The translations under genes were made by a program, and so were the position numbers. DNA of 60,796 bases, filler included, from Stramenopiles sp. TOSAG23-6 (taxonomy: Eukaryota): assembly GCA_900128565.1 (NCBI GenBank). It is 2 parts of 2 records of this genome, joined end to end, with 100 filler letters (N's around TTAATTAATTAA, not from the genome) between each part and the next. Parts side by side here need not be neighbours in the genome. Positions count along the whole stretch, not along the records: positions 1 to 30,570 come from LT635966.1; 1 more part is not named here. The stretch is one strand, 5' to 3'. How positions within the stretch are numbered: position 1 is the stretch's first letter; every line of letters begins with the position of its first letter. Of the stretch, positions 1-10,004 are shown piece after piece. The notes beneath the pieces are model-generated. The model saw only the letters and a list, made by a program, of their open reading frames with translations. It made no database searches and was not told where the DNA came from.

Positions 1-143
1 ATCCGGATATAACAATGAATGAGGTACTCAGTTTACAAGAACTGTATAGTGTCGATAGAGTGAATGTAATTAAGAAGCTACTAGAAAAGGATGAAGTATT
101 GGCTTTTATTTATAATTCTCTTTTCCCAGAGTATACAAAATAA
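1..143 (+). CDS. 3' end of an unknown protein (truncated by window start)
   Basis: Open frame from nt 3 (PDITMNEVLSLQELY...FPEYTK) to TAA at 141-143. Confidence 0.5.
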   Translation, partial: PDITMNEVLSLQELYSVDRVNVIKKLLEKDEVLAFIYNSLFPEYTK

Positions 144-265
144 TCATTTGTGCTAATAGTAGCAACATGAAGTTGTTGTACATGAATAAATTTGTAGTTC
201 ACACAATCTAGATATTATTACATTATTATTATACATGTGGATTCATTCATTTTCGTAATAAAACA

Positions 266-280
266 CTAACCCTAACCCTA
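266..280. repeat. Short interstitial telomere-type repeat (CCCTAA)n upstream of the H+-PPase
   Basis: ctaaccctaacccta in the promoter region. Confidence 0.6.
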
Positions 281-439
281 GCTCTGCTACGATATCGCAA
301 CTCAAATAAATCAAATCAATACTCCTATCGCGCCGCGATTCGCGCGTATCGACCAATGATACATTAGCTATACGATCAATACTGTTCTTTTTCTTTGTTC
401 TTCCTGAGGAAGAATTCATTTTCTTCTTGCTTCAAGACA

Positions 440-2827
440 ATGGAACCAGTATCAATTCCATCTGGAACCTCATTCATTGTTATATCCGGATTAGTTGGGC
501 TCGCTTTTGCGTTAGTACAGCTGTACTGTATTAACTCATATAATTCGATACAAACTTTTTCTTCCAGTGGAGATGTAAGGGTAGGTTCTCGTAATCCACT
601 TCCAAAGATGGTTGAAATTTATAAACTCATTCAGGATGGTGCAAAGGCTTTCTTGTATGCTGAATATAAGGTGTGTATATATTTTATTGGAGCTTTTTTT
701 GTTTTAGTGGTACTTCTTGTTTCTCAACGAGATGGCGAGTGGCACTGGGGCGACGGTTTCCTTAGTGGTTTGGCTTTCATCATTGGAGGTATTACATCAC
801 TTGTTTCTGGATACCTTGGCATGATGGTTGCTGTATATTCTAATGTGCGTACAACAAAGGCAGCGATGTCGGAAAATCCGTGGACTAATTCATTTAATAC
901 CGCTTTCCGTGCTGGTGGAGTTATGGGCTTTGCCTTGTGCGGAATTGCTCTTCTCGTTCTTTTTGCTCTTATCAAAGTATATGCAACTATGTATGATCTT
1001 GAGGCGTCAAAATTTGTCGAGACTGCAAAGAATTACAAAGTACTTTTTGAAGTTGTCGCAGGTTTTGGTCTCGGTGGCTCTTGTATTGCGTTGTTTGGGC
1101 GTGTTGGTGGTGGTATTTACACAAAAGCTGCCGATGTGGGTGCTGATCTTGCCGGTAAGGTTTGTCATGGTCTTATGGAGGACGACCCTCGCAATCCTGC
1201 TACAATTGCTGACAATGTCGGCGATAATGTTGGTGATGTTGCTGGTATGGGTTCTGATTTATTTGGTTCATTTGGAGAAGCAACATGTGCATGTTTGGTG
1301 GTTTCTACTGCATGCCCAGAAATTCTCTGTGGTGGTATAAATTCTGTTTTGTTACCTCTTTATATATCTGCTGGTGGCATTCTAGTATGTATTGCCACTT
1401 CATTCTTTGCAACTCATATTGATCCTGTGCGTAATGAATCATCAGTTGAATGGGCACTTAAAGTACAAATTGGCGTATCGACTATTTTCATGACTTTAGT
1501 GTTATGGCCAATTACACATCATTTTCTCCCAGAGACGGGTCATTTTGGATGTTCTTTTGATGATATATCTGGTACTTTAACAGATGTGTGTTCTGTTAAT
1601 GATTTCTCTGGCGCTTTGTGCAATAATAATCTTGGTACTAATGGACTTGTTGGGCATCTCCCACTCAAAGCATTTATTGCTGTGTGTTGTGGACTTTGGG
1701 GTGGATGCCTCATCGGATTTATTACTGAATATTATACTAGTGCATCCTACCAACCTGTTCAAGAATTAGCACAATCAACAGAAACAGGTGCAGCAACAAA
1801 TATCATTTATGGACTTGCACTGGGCTACAAATCTGTTATTGCCCCAGTGTTTATTATTGCTGCTACAATTTTTGTCACATTTCATATGCTAGGTATGTAT
1901 GGTATTTCTTTGGCTGCACTTGGTATGCTTTCTACACTTGCTACATGTCTTTCTATCGATGTATATGGTCCAGTCTGTGATAATGCTGGTGGTATTGCAG
2001 AAATGGCTGGATGTCCTGAATCTACGCGTGATTGCACAGATGCACTTGATGCAGCTGGTAACACTACTGCTGCTATTGGTAAAGGATTTGCTATAGGATC
2101 TGCTGCCTTAGTTTCACTTGCTCTCTTTGGTGCATTTGTAACGAGTTACTCTGGTAAAAACCAAAATGTTGTAAATATGCTAGATCCAATTGTTTTTGCG
2201 TTCTTAGTTGTTGGTGCAATGATGCCGTATTGGTTCACTGCAATGACGATGAAATCTGTTGGCGAAGCAGCGAAGGAGATGGTGTTAGAAGTCAAAAGAC
2301 AATTTGATGAACTTGATTTATTGAACACCGACAACTCAAATAGACCTGATTATGCTCGTTGTATTGCTATCTCAACTGAGGCTTCTCTACGCGAAATGGT
2401 TTCTCCTGGAATTCTCGTAATTTTTACGCCTATTATCGTTGGTTATTTATTTGGTGTTCAAGCTGTTTCAGGTTTACTTGCGGGTTCTTTAGTTTCCTCT
2501 CTTCAATTGGCAATTTCTGCTTCAAATACAGGTGGCGCATGGGATAATGCAAAGAAGTTTGTGGAAAAAGGAATGGTTGAGATTGATATCAGACAATCGG
2601 ATGGTTCAATGTGCAAAGAAGTTCAAGGCAAAGGATCTGATTGTCATAAAGCTGCTGTAGTGGGTGACACTGTTGGTGATCCTCTCAAGGATACATCAGG
2701 ACCTGCTCTCAATATTGTCATGAAGCTTCAAGCTATTATTTCTTTAGTGTTTTGTGGATTTTTCTTGTCTGTCAATTCTGGTGGGGGAAGACTTGCTCAT
2801 CTTATGGGAACTGAAATAAAAGGATGA
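440..2827 (+). CDS. AVP1: Membrane H+-translocating pyrophosphatase, K+-dependent (type I) family
   Basis: GGGIYTKAADVGADL, EDDPRNPATIADNVGDNVGD, GNTTAAIGKGFAIGSAAL and GDTVGDPLKDTSGPALN motifs; GNTTAA (Ala) marks K+-dependence; first ATG at 440. Confidence 0.96.
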   Translation: MEPVSIPSGTSFIVISGLVGLAFALVQLYCINSYNSIQTFSSSGDVRVGSRNPLPKMVEIYKLIQDGAKAFLYAEYKVCIYFIGAFFVLVVLLVSQRDGEWHWGDGFLSGLAFIIGGITSLVSGYLGMMVAVYSNVRTTKAAMSENPWTNSFNTAFRAGGVMGFALCGIALLVLFALIKVYATMYDLEASKFVETAKNYKVLFEVVAGFGLGGSCIALFGRVGGGIYTKAADVGADLAGKVCHGLMEDDPRNPATIADNVGDNVGDVAGMGSDLFGSFGEATCACLVVSTACPEILCGGINSVLLPLYISAGGILVCIATSFFATHIDPVRNESSVEWALKVQIGVSTIFMTLVLWPITHHFLPETGHFGCSFDDISGTLTDVCSVNDFSGALCNNNLGTNGLVGHLPLKAFIAVCCGLWGGCLIGFITEYYTSASYQPVQELAQSTETGAATNIIYGLALGYKSVIAPVFIIAATIFVTFHMLGMYGISLAALGMLSTLATCLSIDVYGPVCDNAGGIAEMAGCPESTRDCTDALDAAGNTTAAIGKGFAIGSAALVSLALFGAFVTSYSGKNQNVVNMLDPIVFAFLVVGAMMPYWFTAMTMKSVGEAAKEMVLEVKRQFDELDLLNTDNSNRPDYARCIAISTEASLREMVSPGILVIFTPIIVGYLFGVQAVSGLLAGSLVSSLQLAISASNTGGAWDNAKKFVEKGMVEIDIRQSDGSMCKEVQGKGSDCHKAAVVGDTVGDPLKDTSGPALNIVMKLQAIISLVFCGFFLSVNSGGGRLAHLMGTEIKG

Positions 2828-3081
2828 AATGTTACATATAAAAGTGTGATTTTTGTATTGTAGAAAATCATTAGGATATATGGTTTGATTTTTCCTTCAT
2901 TGTGCTTTTTCATGACCTGTTTTTGTAATCAATTATGAATAATAAAATAAATAGTTGAAGGGAATTTATTCTTGTATTCAATGTCATTTTTAACAATTAA
3001 TGAATCCTTCTNNNNNNNNNNNNNNNATTTTTCAAAGCCGTCGGTTTTTCGTATTTGATAACAAAAATCATTCAAGTATTT

Positions 3082-4637
3082 TTATGTTTCAGTATATTCA
3101 ACTAAATGAATAGTTAAAATTGTCAGTGGAACACAGATACATAGAACCTGAATGGCAAAATACAGTAAAGAAAAATAAAACATTGCCGAAATGAAAATAA
3201 TGAGAATACTTGCAAGAATGAAATATTGCATATTTTCATTTCCAACTTTCGGTTCTTTCGTCTCGTATTTCGTTCCATGTAGAGGGAATATTTCTGTGCT
3301 ATTTTGATTGCTTCTACTTTTAGACGTATTATCTCTGACTGTTACACTATTTCCTACTTTCTCGTTAGTAGTATTATTAATTGTGACTACATGACCCATA
3401 TTCATCCTTCGTTTCAACTGTTCCTTTGTCCATTTTCCTTTTTGTTTTGACGATTTAGTTGCAATGATTTCCCTAAGTCGTCCGACAGAGTCAGGCATTT
3501 CTTTGCAAATTATATTTCGTATAAAACTAGGAATAGAACCACACAAATCCACTGATGCGGCATACACTACTCGAGTTTGACATTTTGACAATGGTTCTAA
3601 ATACCATCCACCTAATTACAGATTAGAACGCACAATTCCATTTCTTTCAGAAATTATCTTTTGCTGCTCTGAATCAAAATTAATTGGAGTATTTAGAGAG
3701 AGACAACGCAGTTCCTATGATGTCACCTTTTGGAAGGACACTCCAGGATGATATACTTACCATATCACGAGCAGCACTGGGCCAGATACGAGCAAAACGT
3801 GCGTATTCTACAACAGCTTGAGCACTGAGTTGTCGACATGTAACTTTTTCTTTTAATCTATCATTTAATTCTTGGTTAATTGAAATATCCTTAGCATAAG
3901 TAATTTGGGCAATCGCTTCTATTGGAGCGTCAATAATAGACGTCCCCATGGCTGTGATGAAATGTGGATTCGTTTTAAGTCCACCACCTAAAATCTTACC
4001 CGTATAGATTTTAATACTATCGTCTCTTATGAGTGTCCATTCGCATTATGTTTGCAAATGGTTCGGGAATATGAGCCATTTCCCGATATATTTGCGACTT
4101 TGTATTTGAAGGTTTTGACTGAGAAATATGAGTATCATGAAAAGTAGTTTTAGTATCTATATTTTTTTCTTGAGTAGTTTTCAAATTCAATACACTGCTT
4201 TTCCCATTTACTCGTGAACATGATTGTTTGTCTATATTGGATGCTACGGAGTGTTTCGGAGACACTGCACTTGAGAGTATGGCTGGATTTGAAGCTTTTA
4301 GCAATGCAGAAATCCATTTAGTAATGGCTTTCGGGTTTTCGCTAGCGAGTACATATGACGTTTCCCAAAGTGGATTGCTCAGAATAAAAGCATTAGGGCT
4401 CGTTTTGGTACCCTTTGTTCGTCTCAACGAACACCCTCGTACAAACCGTACCCCTCGAGGTTTCTTATCGTATTTCTGTAAATAATAGCATAGTTTTGAA
4501 CTTTGGATATCAAGAGTAAAATAACGTTCACGCCAGCCGGAAAGAAAATCTCTTTGTTTCATAAGTACGCCAGTCATCATCTGAGGTGGTCTATGGTTTA
4601 GACTATTGTATGACGACGGAGTCGCAGGGGACCCCAT
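3082..4637 (-). pseudogene. PH + START lipid-transfer protein with C-terminal TM segment, disrupted in this sequence
   Basis: PH domain (GVLMKQ..GWRERYF..KWISAL) and START motifs (EWTLI, IWPSAARDMV, GGWYLEP, VDLCGSIP) are split by a frameshift near 4040, a frameshift in the (AG)n run near 3695 and an in-frame TAA at 3616-3618; these could be consensus errors. Confidence 0.65.
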
Positions 4638-5008
4638 GTTAATGCAACTATATTACAATAGATATGTTATCTCCTAGTCAATATAAGTGCTATAGGTACG
4701 GTGTGCCATTAGCTAGTCGACCTCGACTTTGTCAAAGTCCAACACAATGATTGTTATTTTATTTACTCAATAGCAAAACGGAAAACATTAGTACGTGTCT
4801 GTGCGTACGTTGAATTTTCAATTTTGACAGCAGGCAGGGTTGTGGATTATATCGTAAATTATTTTTTCTGAATTTTTCATTTTTATTAAACAAAACTCGA
4901 CAAAATTATTATTTTGACGCGCCAAAACAAAATTCCTCAATTACAAATACTAATATATGGTCAAATTTGATATCATTAATGATTTTCTAAATGATAAATA
5001 ATATATTT

Positions 5009-6095
5009 TCACTTTGTTCCAGTTGGAAGTGGCATAAGTAGATAATTCTTTGGTATTTTCTTTACCTTTGGCTTAAGACCATATGGACCATCTTGTGATT
5101 CGTCTAATCGAGTCATTGGGCTTACATTGAAATCTGCTGGGCACGTCGTACAGCATCCATTTTCTTGAATATAAGCTCTCAACTTTTCTTCTTCTGTTGG
5201 TTTTGATGAAAAACTCCATAAATGTTCTAAATGCAAACGTTTTTGATTATTCTTGACTTCAGAGGCAACTTCAATAAACTGAGACGGACACACTGTACAA
5301 CAGGAGAAATTATTATCATTTTTCTGAAAAGCATAACCAAGTAATTTTGAAGCTTGATTCATTATCGATGATGGAACACTTCTTTGTTGTTTTTCTTTTG
5401 TTTCAAGAAACATTGGTGTATATGCATTATCACCAAGAATGTAATTTTCACTTGTATGATTTCTTGTTTTATCTGTGATTTTATTTGAAATAGAGCTTGT
5501 ATGTTTGTTTTCAATTGAATGTAAAATGGATAGAAGTTCCTTTCCGCCCATGAATTTCTCCAATTGTAGTTGTTGTAACTTTGTATTTTGGTTATAATTT
5601 TCGTTTTGTGTATTTTGTTGTTTTTTATTTTTATGTATTCTCTCTTGCATCTCCATATAAATAGTATAATATGTGTCGCCATTTACATCTTCAGGTGGTT
5701 GAAATCCATGATGTTGGGGTATATTTCAATAATGTGAGAAATAAATAAAAATATTATGAGGAAACGAAAAACTATTGTTGTGTTGAAGAAGAAAAAACGT
5801 ATTGATCAGAACAAATAGGACAACAAGGAATGACGCTCTCTATTTGATCTACAGACAAGGAATTTGGATTTGCAGTCTCGGCTTCTTCAAGGAATGACCA
5901 CGCTCGAAGACCATTATTCATGAAGAAGGACTCTGAGCAAAACCTACAACACCCCTGAAGTGTTGTTGGTTCCTTTCGTGTCATTTCAACTAACGAACGG
6001 AATGCTTTGGGAATTTTGTTTTTCATAGATTGTGCTGGTACTATGAGAATTAATATTACGCATACTGAAAACACATGTTTAGTCGGATAAAACAT
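5009..6095 (-). CDS. Secreted Cys-rich protein with repeated CCxxC motifs (2 exons; probable non-AG intron about 5723-5798)
   Basis: Signal peptide; CCRFC, CCPIC, CCTVC and CCTTC motifs; C-terminal SPMTRLDESQDGPYG shared with the neighbouring paralog; ORFs 5772-6095 and 5009-5656 need to be joined. Confidence 0.7.
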
Positions 6096-6277
6096 TACTT
6101 AAGCTTATGACGTATACTGAGTTAGTACTAGCCTAGTACAGTAGTATAGAGTGTTATACGTACCGAGATTCTTTCACTTTTTTCGCGCTCCTATAATTTT
6201 CAAATTTCAAATTTTCTAAACGAGCAGTTTCGTCAAAAAACAGCTCTCAAAATCAGTTTTATTTAAAAAGAAAAAAA

Positions 6278-7206
6278 TTAGTCAAGAAAATCATTAGGCA
6301 TAGTAACTCGGGGACCAACACCAAATGGCCCTCCCTGTGGTTCTTCTAATCGAGTTAATGGTGATTCCATAAGTATTGCAGGACATTGGTTACAACATCC
6401 ATTTTTTAACGTCATTTTGAGTAAAACACCGTCACCTTCAAGGTTTTCGCCAGGAATATTTGAAATGGAATCTTCCGAATATGTTGATTCAAGAGCTTTG
6501 AAAGACATCCGTTTTTCTTTGTTCTTATTTTTAATAGTATTTTCAATTTCAAGGAAACTGCCAAACATATAATAGGAAAAATATTTAAAGAAAAAATCGT
6601 TAGGTACGAAATTTGGTACAAAAAAAAATACATTTTGGAATTCATGAAAAAAAAAAAAACGTACATGTGATCCACCGGACAAATTGTACAACACGTATAA
6701 ACATTCTTATTAATACTCAACTTTTTTGAAAATATGCCTGAAGTCTTTGATCCTATTGTATTACGTTGCATAGATTTTTGTTGGTTTTGTTGATTTCGTC
6801 TGTTCAAATGGTTCAAATGGTTCAAATGTCCTCGTCGAATATTTTCGTGTGTTTCAAGATATGATTCCATGCCACCTGCTTCAGGAGTCGAAAAGTTTTC
6901 AAAGCATACTGGACAACATGGTCGACTCCGTCTAAGCATCTCATGTGTTGGATTAGACCAGTCATATGGAGGAGAAGAATTCATTTCTAAAAATGAATAT
7001 GCGTTGTCATAGAACGTCTCTGGACAATATCGGCAACACGTCTGAAGAATTTCAAAGGCTTCTTTGCTTTGTGTTTTTTTTGAGTTGTCCCACCATTCAG
7101 ATTTTTTATTCAGCGTTATCATAGAATCTGATGGTATAATCAATAAAACAAATAACACATGTAATGTATAACATTCTAAACATGATGAGGATATTCTGAA
7201 ATGCAT
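6278..7206 (-). CDS. Paralogous secreted CCxxC-repeat protein (2 exons; GT-AT intron 6567-6664)
   Basis: Signal-like N-terminus; CCRYC, CCPVC, CCTIC and CCNQC motifs; SPLTRLEEPQGGPFG; removing 6567-6664 gives ...CPVDHM-FGSFLE in frame. Confidence 0.75.
6567..6664 (-). mobile_element. Introner-like GT-AT intron, copy 1 (98 nt)
   Basis: GTACGT...gtaccaaatttcgtacctaac...cctattatAT; removal restores frame. Confidence 0.8.
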
Positions 7207-7407
7207 TGAAACCAAATTTGATTTGATTTCAGATTTATTTCAGATTCAATTTGGATCATCCGGAAGATTCGAAAAATTCGAAATTTTTGAAATAATTATT
7301 GCGCATAAATTGAAATATCAGATTTTGAGATTCTCCAAAAAAAAACTTTAAGGTTGGTTGGTAGTGACGCGTGCAGAACGACAAGGCAGGTTTTACGTAT
7401 CCCTAAA

Positions 7408-7957
7408 ATGAGTCTATTAAAATGCGTTGTTCTATTTCTCTTTAGCATTATCTTGACTTCTGTTGAATGTACAGGGAAATTTTATTCTCCAGCAGATCAT
7501 AAATCTTCAGCCAAAGCTAAAAAGTATTCTCAGTGGAAACGAGCTAAAGCTAAAGGACAAATACCGTGTAAATTTGCGGCTTTTGGCCGTTGTAGGTTTG
7601 GAAGCAAGTGCCACTACAGCCACGATTAAATGCAAAAATAGAAAATGGAACAAGAATCGTTCACAGTTAGAAAAGACGATGAATAGGAAACAACAGTTTT
7701 ATAACGTTTTGTACGAAAAAGACGTAAAAGGGAGAATAGAAGAGCCAAACCTTGTTTTTGTCGAGGCTTTTGCGAATCGAAGAAGGTTCCAGTTTAAGAA
7801 ACGACTTTCTGAAGTAAATTACAGTGATAACTATGTCCCAATATTCCACAGATTTGATGGATTAAAGTTTACGCAATCTCTTGAAGATTATAGTCGAAAT
7901 TCTGCTTTATATGCGAAAAAACTTCGTCATAAAGATGCACCAAAGTTTGATTATTAA
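7408..7957 (+). CDS. Signal peptide + CCCH zinc-finger protein; probably continues by frameshift into the ORF ending at 7957
   Basis: Hydrophobic N-terminus MSLLKCVVLFLFSIILTSVEC; CKFAAFGRCRFGSKCHYSH (C-x7-C-x5-C-x3-H); stop at 7629 while another frame stays open to 7957. Confidence 0.5.
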
Positions 7958-8246
7958 TAATTAAATACCTATTGCACTTGTGTGATAAAAAATGATATAT
8001 TGTTTTTAAAGTAATATGATGGGAAAAATCTCGATTTAATTAATCTAGTTACTAGTATGCATTTTTTATAAATGAATTAAGCCTTATTTTTTTATGTGAG
8101 ACGATGCTTGCGTATACTCTACATTTTATGTTATATAAAATTTGTTTTTTTAAAAAAAACGAAGCTTGCGTATACTCTACATTTTATGTTATATAAAATT
8201 TGTTTTTTTAAGCCACTAGATTCTTACAAACTCCAGAAATCCAACA

Positions 8247-8849
8247 TTAGAATTGCAATGGCATTAGTTGAACATTCGCATCTCTACAGTATATGTTTGC
8301 ATTAACAGCGTTGTAGAGATGTTGAAGAAGAGCAATTACACCAGGCCTTGTAAACTCCCCATCAATGTCAAGCTCTTCATTAGAATGTGAAAGAACATGA
8401 ATCCAAGTCTTGAATAATAAATTCATTGCCGCATTGATGCGATTGCTGTCTACATGGTCATTTATCCAATGAGGGTATTGATCAATATTGAACGTGTATC
8501 CGAGAAGCTCGTTGAAATAACCAGGTGACACCTTTCGGATGCGGGAGAGCTTAGTATTGATAAGATTCACCACAAGGCTACTGAACTGAGTATCAAACAT
8601 AAGAAAACGGGAGCCCGCTTGATCTCCAAGAAGCATTTTCTCCGTGAAGTCAAGTGTACGCTCGCGTGCTGCATCCATGAGAATGAAACGCACGTTTTGA
8701 CAGTCTGCGACCGACATATTATCTTCGGACTTGGGAAAGACAATGCATTGCTTTACAGTGGCACCGTGTTTATCCATAATACTATCCATATATTGGTAGT
8801 AAGCTCGTGTAGCTTCGTTGCAGTCCAGGTAAAGACCACGTTGTTCCAT
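8247..8849 (-). CDS. Hypothetical protein (200 aa)
   Basis: ATG-initiated ORF with globular protein composition. Confidence 0.7.
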   Translation of the reverse strand: MEQRGLYLDCNEATRAYYQYMDSIMDKHGATVKQCIVFPKSEDNMSVADCQNVRFILMDAARERTLDFTEKMLLGDQAGSRFLMFDTQFSSLVVNLINTKLSRIRKVSPGYFNELLGYTFNIDQYPHWINDHVDSNRINAAMNLLFKTWIHVLSHSNEELDIDGEFTRPGVIALLQHLYNAVNANIYCRDANVQLMPLQF

Positions 8850-9073
8850 TCTTACTTTACTTTGTGGTATATATCAGTTTTCTCTACCGAGAAGCAAAAA
8901 GAACTCAAACTCTGAAACAACTCTATAAACTATAAAGTAAAAACAAAATTGACATCTTGAAAATAACAGTGTCACACCAAAATTTTGGCTTTTTGACCGC
9001 GTGTGGTGTTGTGACAACTACTAACTTCATTTCCCTTAGCTTCCTTGTGTTCCTACCCCTGACACAATTCATT

Positions 9074-9847
9074 ATGCTAAGTGATTTTTTCTCTCATGTT
9101 TGGAGTATGCTAAGCATACAGAAATCTTCAGACGCTTCTCCTGATACGTTAAAGTCGATTGATAAACCAGTGTCTTCTTTTTTAGTAGAGTTGGATAAAC
9201 TTCGTCCGAGTGCTGATATTTTTTTTGATCGATGGCGTAGAGACGAAGATGGTTGGAGGAAACTGCCACCTCGTGCGTGGCCTACGGTTCAACCAGATAC
9301 GGAGGAAATCCCTAAACTCACAAAAAATATAAAGAAACTTAATTGTCCTGAAGAACCTAGTACAAGTATGTCAGAAAAATGTTTTTCAACCATATTTGAT
9401 CTCGCCACAGCTCTAGTATTCAACAATGTAGATAATGAAGGTGGTATGAAGCGATATCGTGAGTTAGCAAAATGTGGAAATTTAGACGCTGTTGTTGCTG
9501 TAGGTGTATGCTTAATAGAAATTGATTTAGACGAAAAATCTGGAGTTAAATGGCTTAGGCAGGCAGCAGATGCTGGAAGTCCACAAGGTCAATACGAACT
9601 TGGTTGTTGTTTATATCGTGGTATTCCTGGAGTTTTAGAGGAGGACGAAAATGCTGCTTTTGAGCTATTTAGTGCTGCTGCTGAAACAAATCACACAGGC
9701 GCTCTCTACATGACTGGGGACTGTTTGCTTGAAGGGATTGGTTGCGAAAAAGATGGAGGCAGGGCAGTACCAATGTTATACACTGCAGCAGAAAACGGAC
9801 ACCGTTTTGCTAGACAGAGAATTCGAGAGTTATTGCGTGATAATTAG
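9074..9847 (+). CDS. Sel1-repeat protein
   Basis: GVKWLRQAADAGSPQGQYELGCC, AFELFSAAAE..ALYMTGDC..GIG, AAENGH. Confidence 0.85.
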   Translation: MLSDFFSHVWSMLSIQKSSDASPDTLKSIDKPVSSFLVELDKLRPSADIFFDRWRRDEDGWRKLPPRAWPTVQPDTEEIPKLTKNIKKLNCPEEPSTSMSEKCFSTIFDLATALVFNNVDNEGGMKRYRELAKCGNLDAVVAVGVCLIEIDLDEKSGVKWLRQAADAGSPQGQYELGCCLYRGIPGVLEEDENAAFELFSAAAETNHTGALYMTGDCLLEGIGCEKDGGRAVPMLYTAAENGHRFARQRIRELLRDN

Positions 9848-10004
9848 AATAAAAAATACATTTTAGAATTTGATCAAATGTAGTAGTTATCCTTTTTATT
9901 TTCAAGATATGTATTTGTATCTAACAATATAAAAGTACAATATAAAAGTATTTCATAGTAACATACAAAAGTATATTTAAAAAGGAATATTTTACTCCTC
10001 ACAT

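Noticed and set aside
3616-3618. In-frame TAA as evidence of stop-codon reassignment
   Set aside because: Single case in an already frameshifted gene; TAA, TAG and TGA all terminate conserved genes elsewhere in the window.
8106-8211. 58-nt-period intergenic duplication (similar ones near 38975-39070 and 48130-48200)
   Set aside because: Simple local tandem duplications in AT-rich 3' or intergenic DNA with no further structure.
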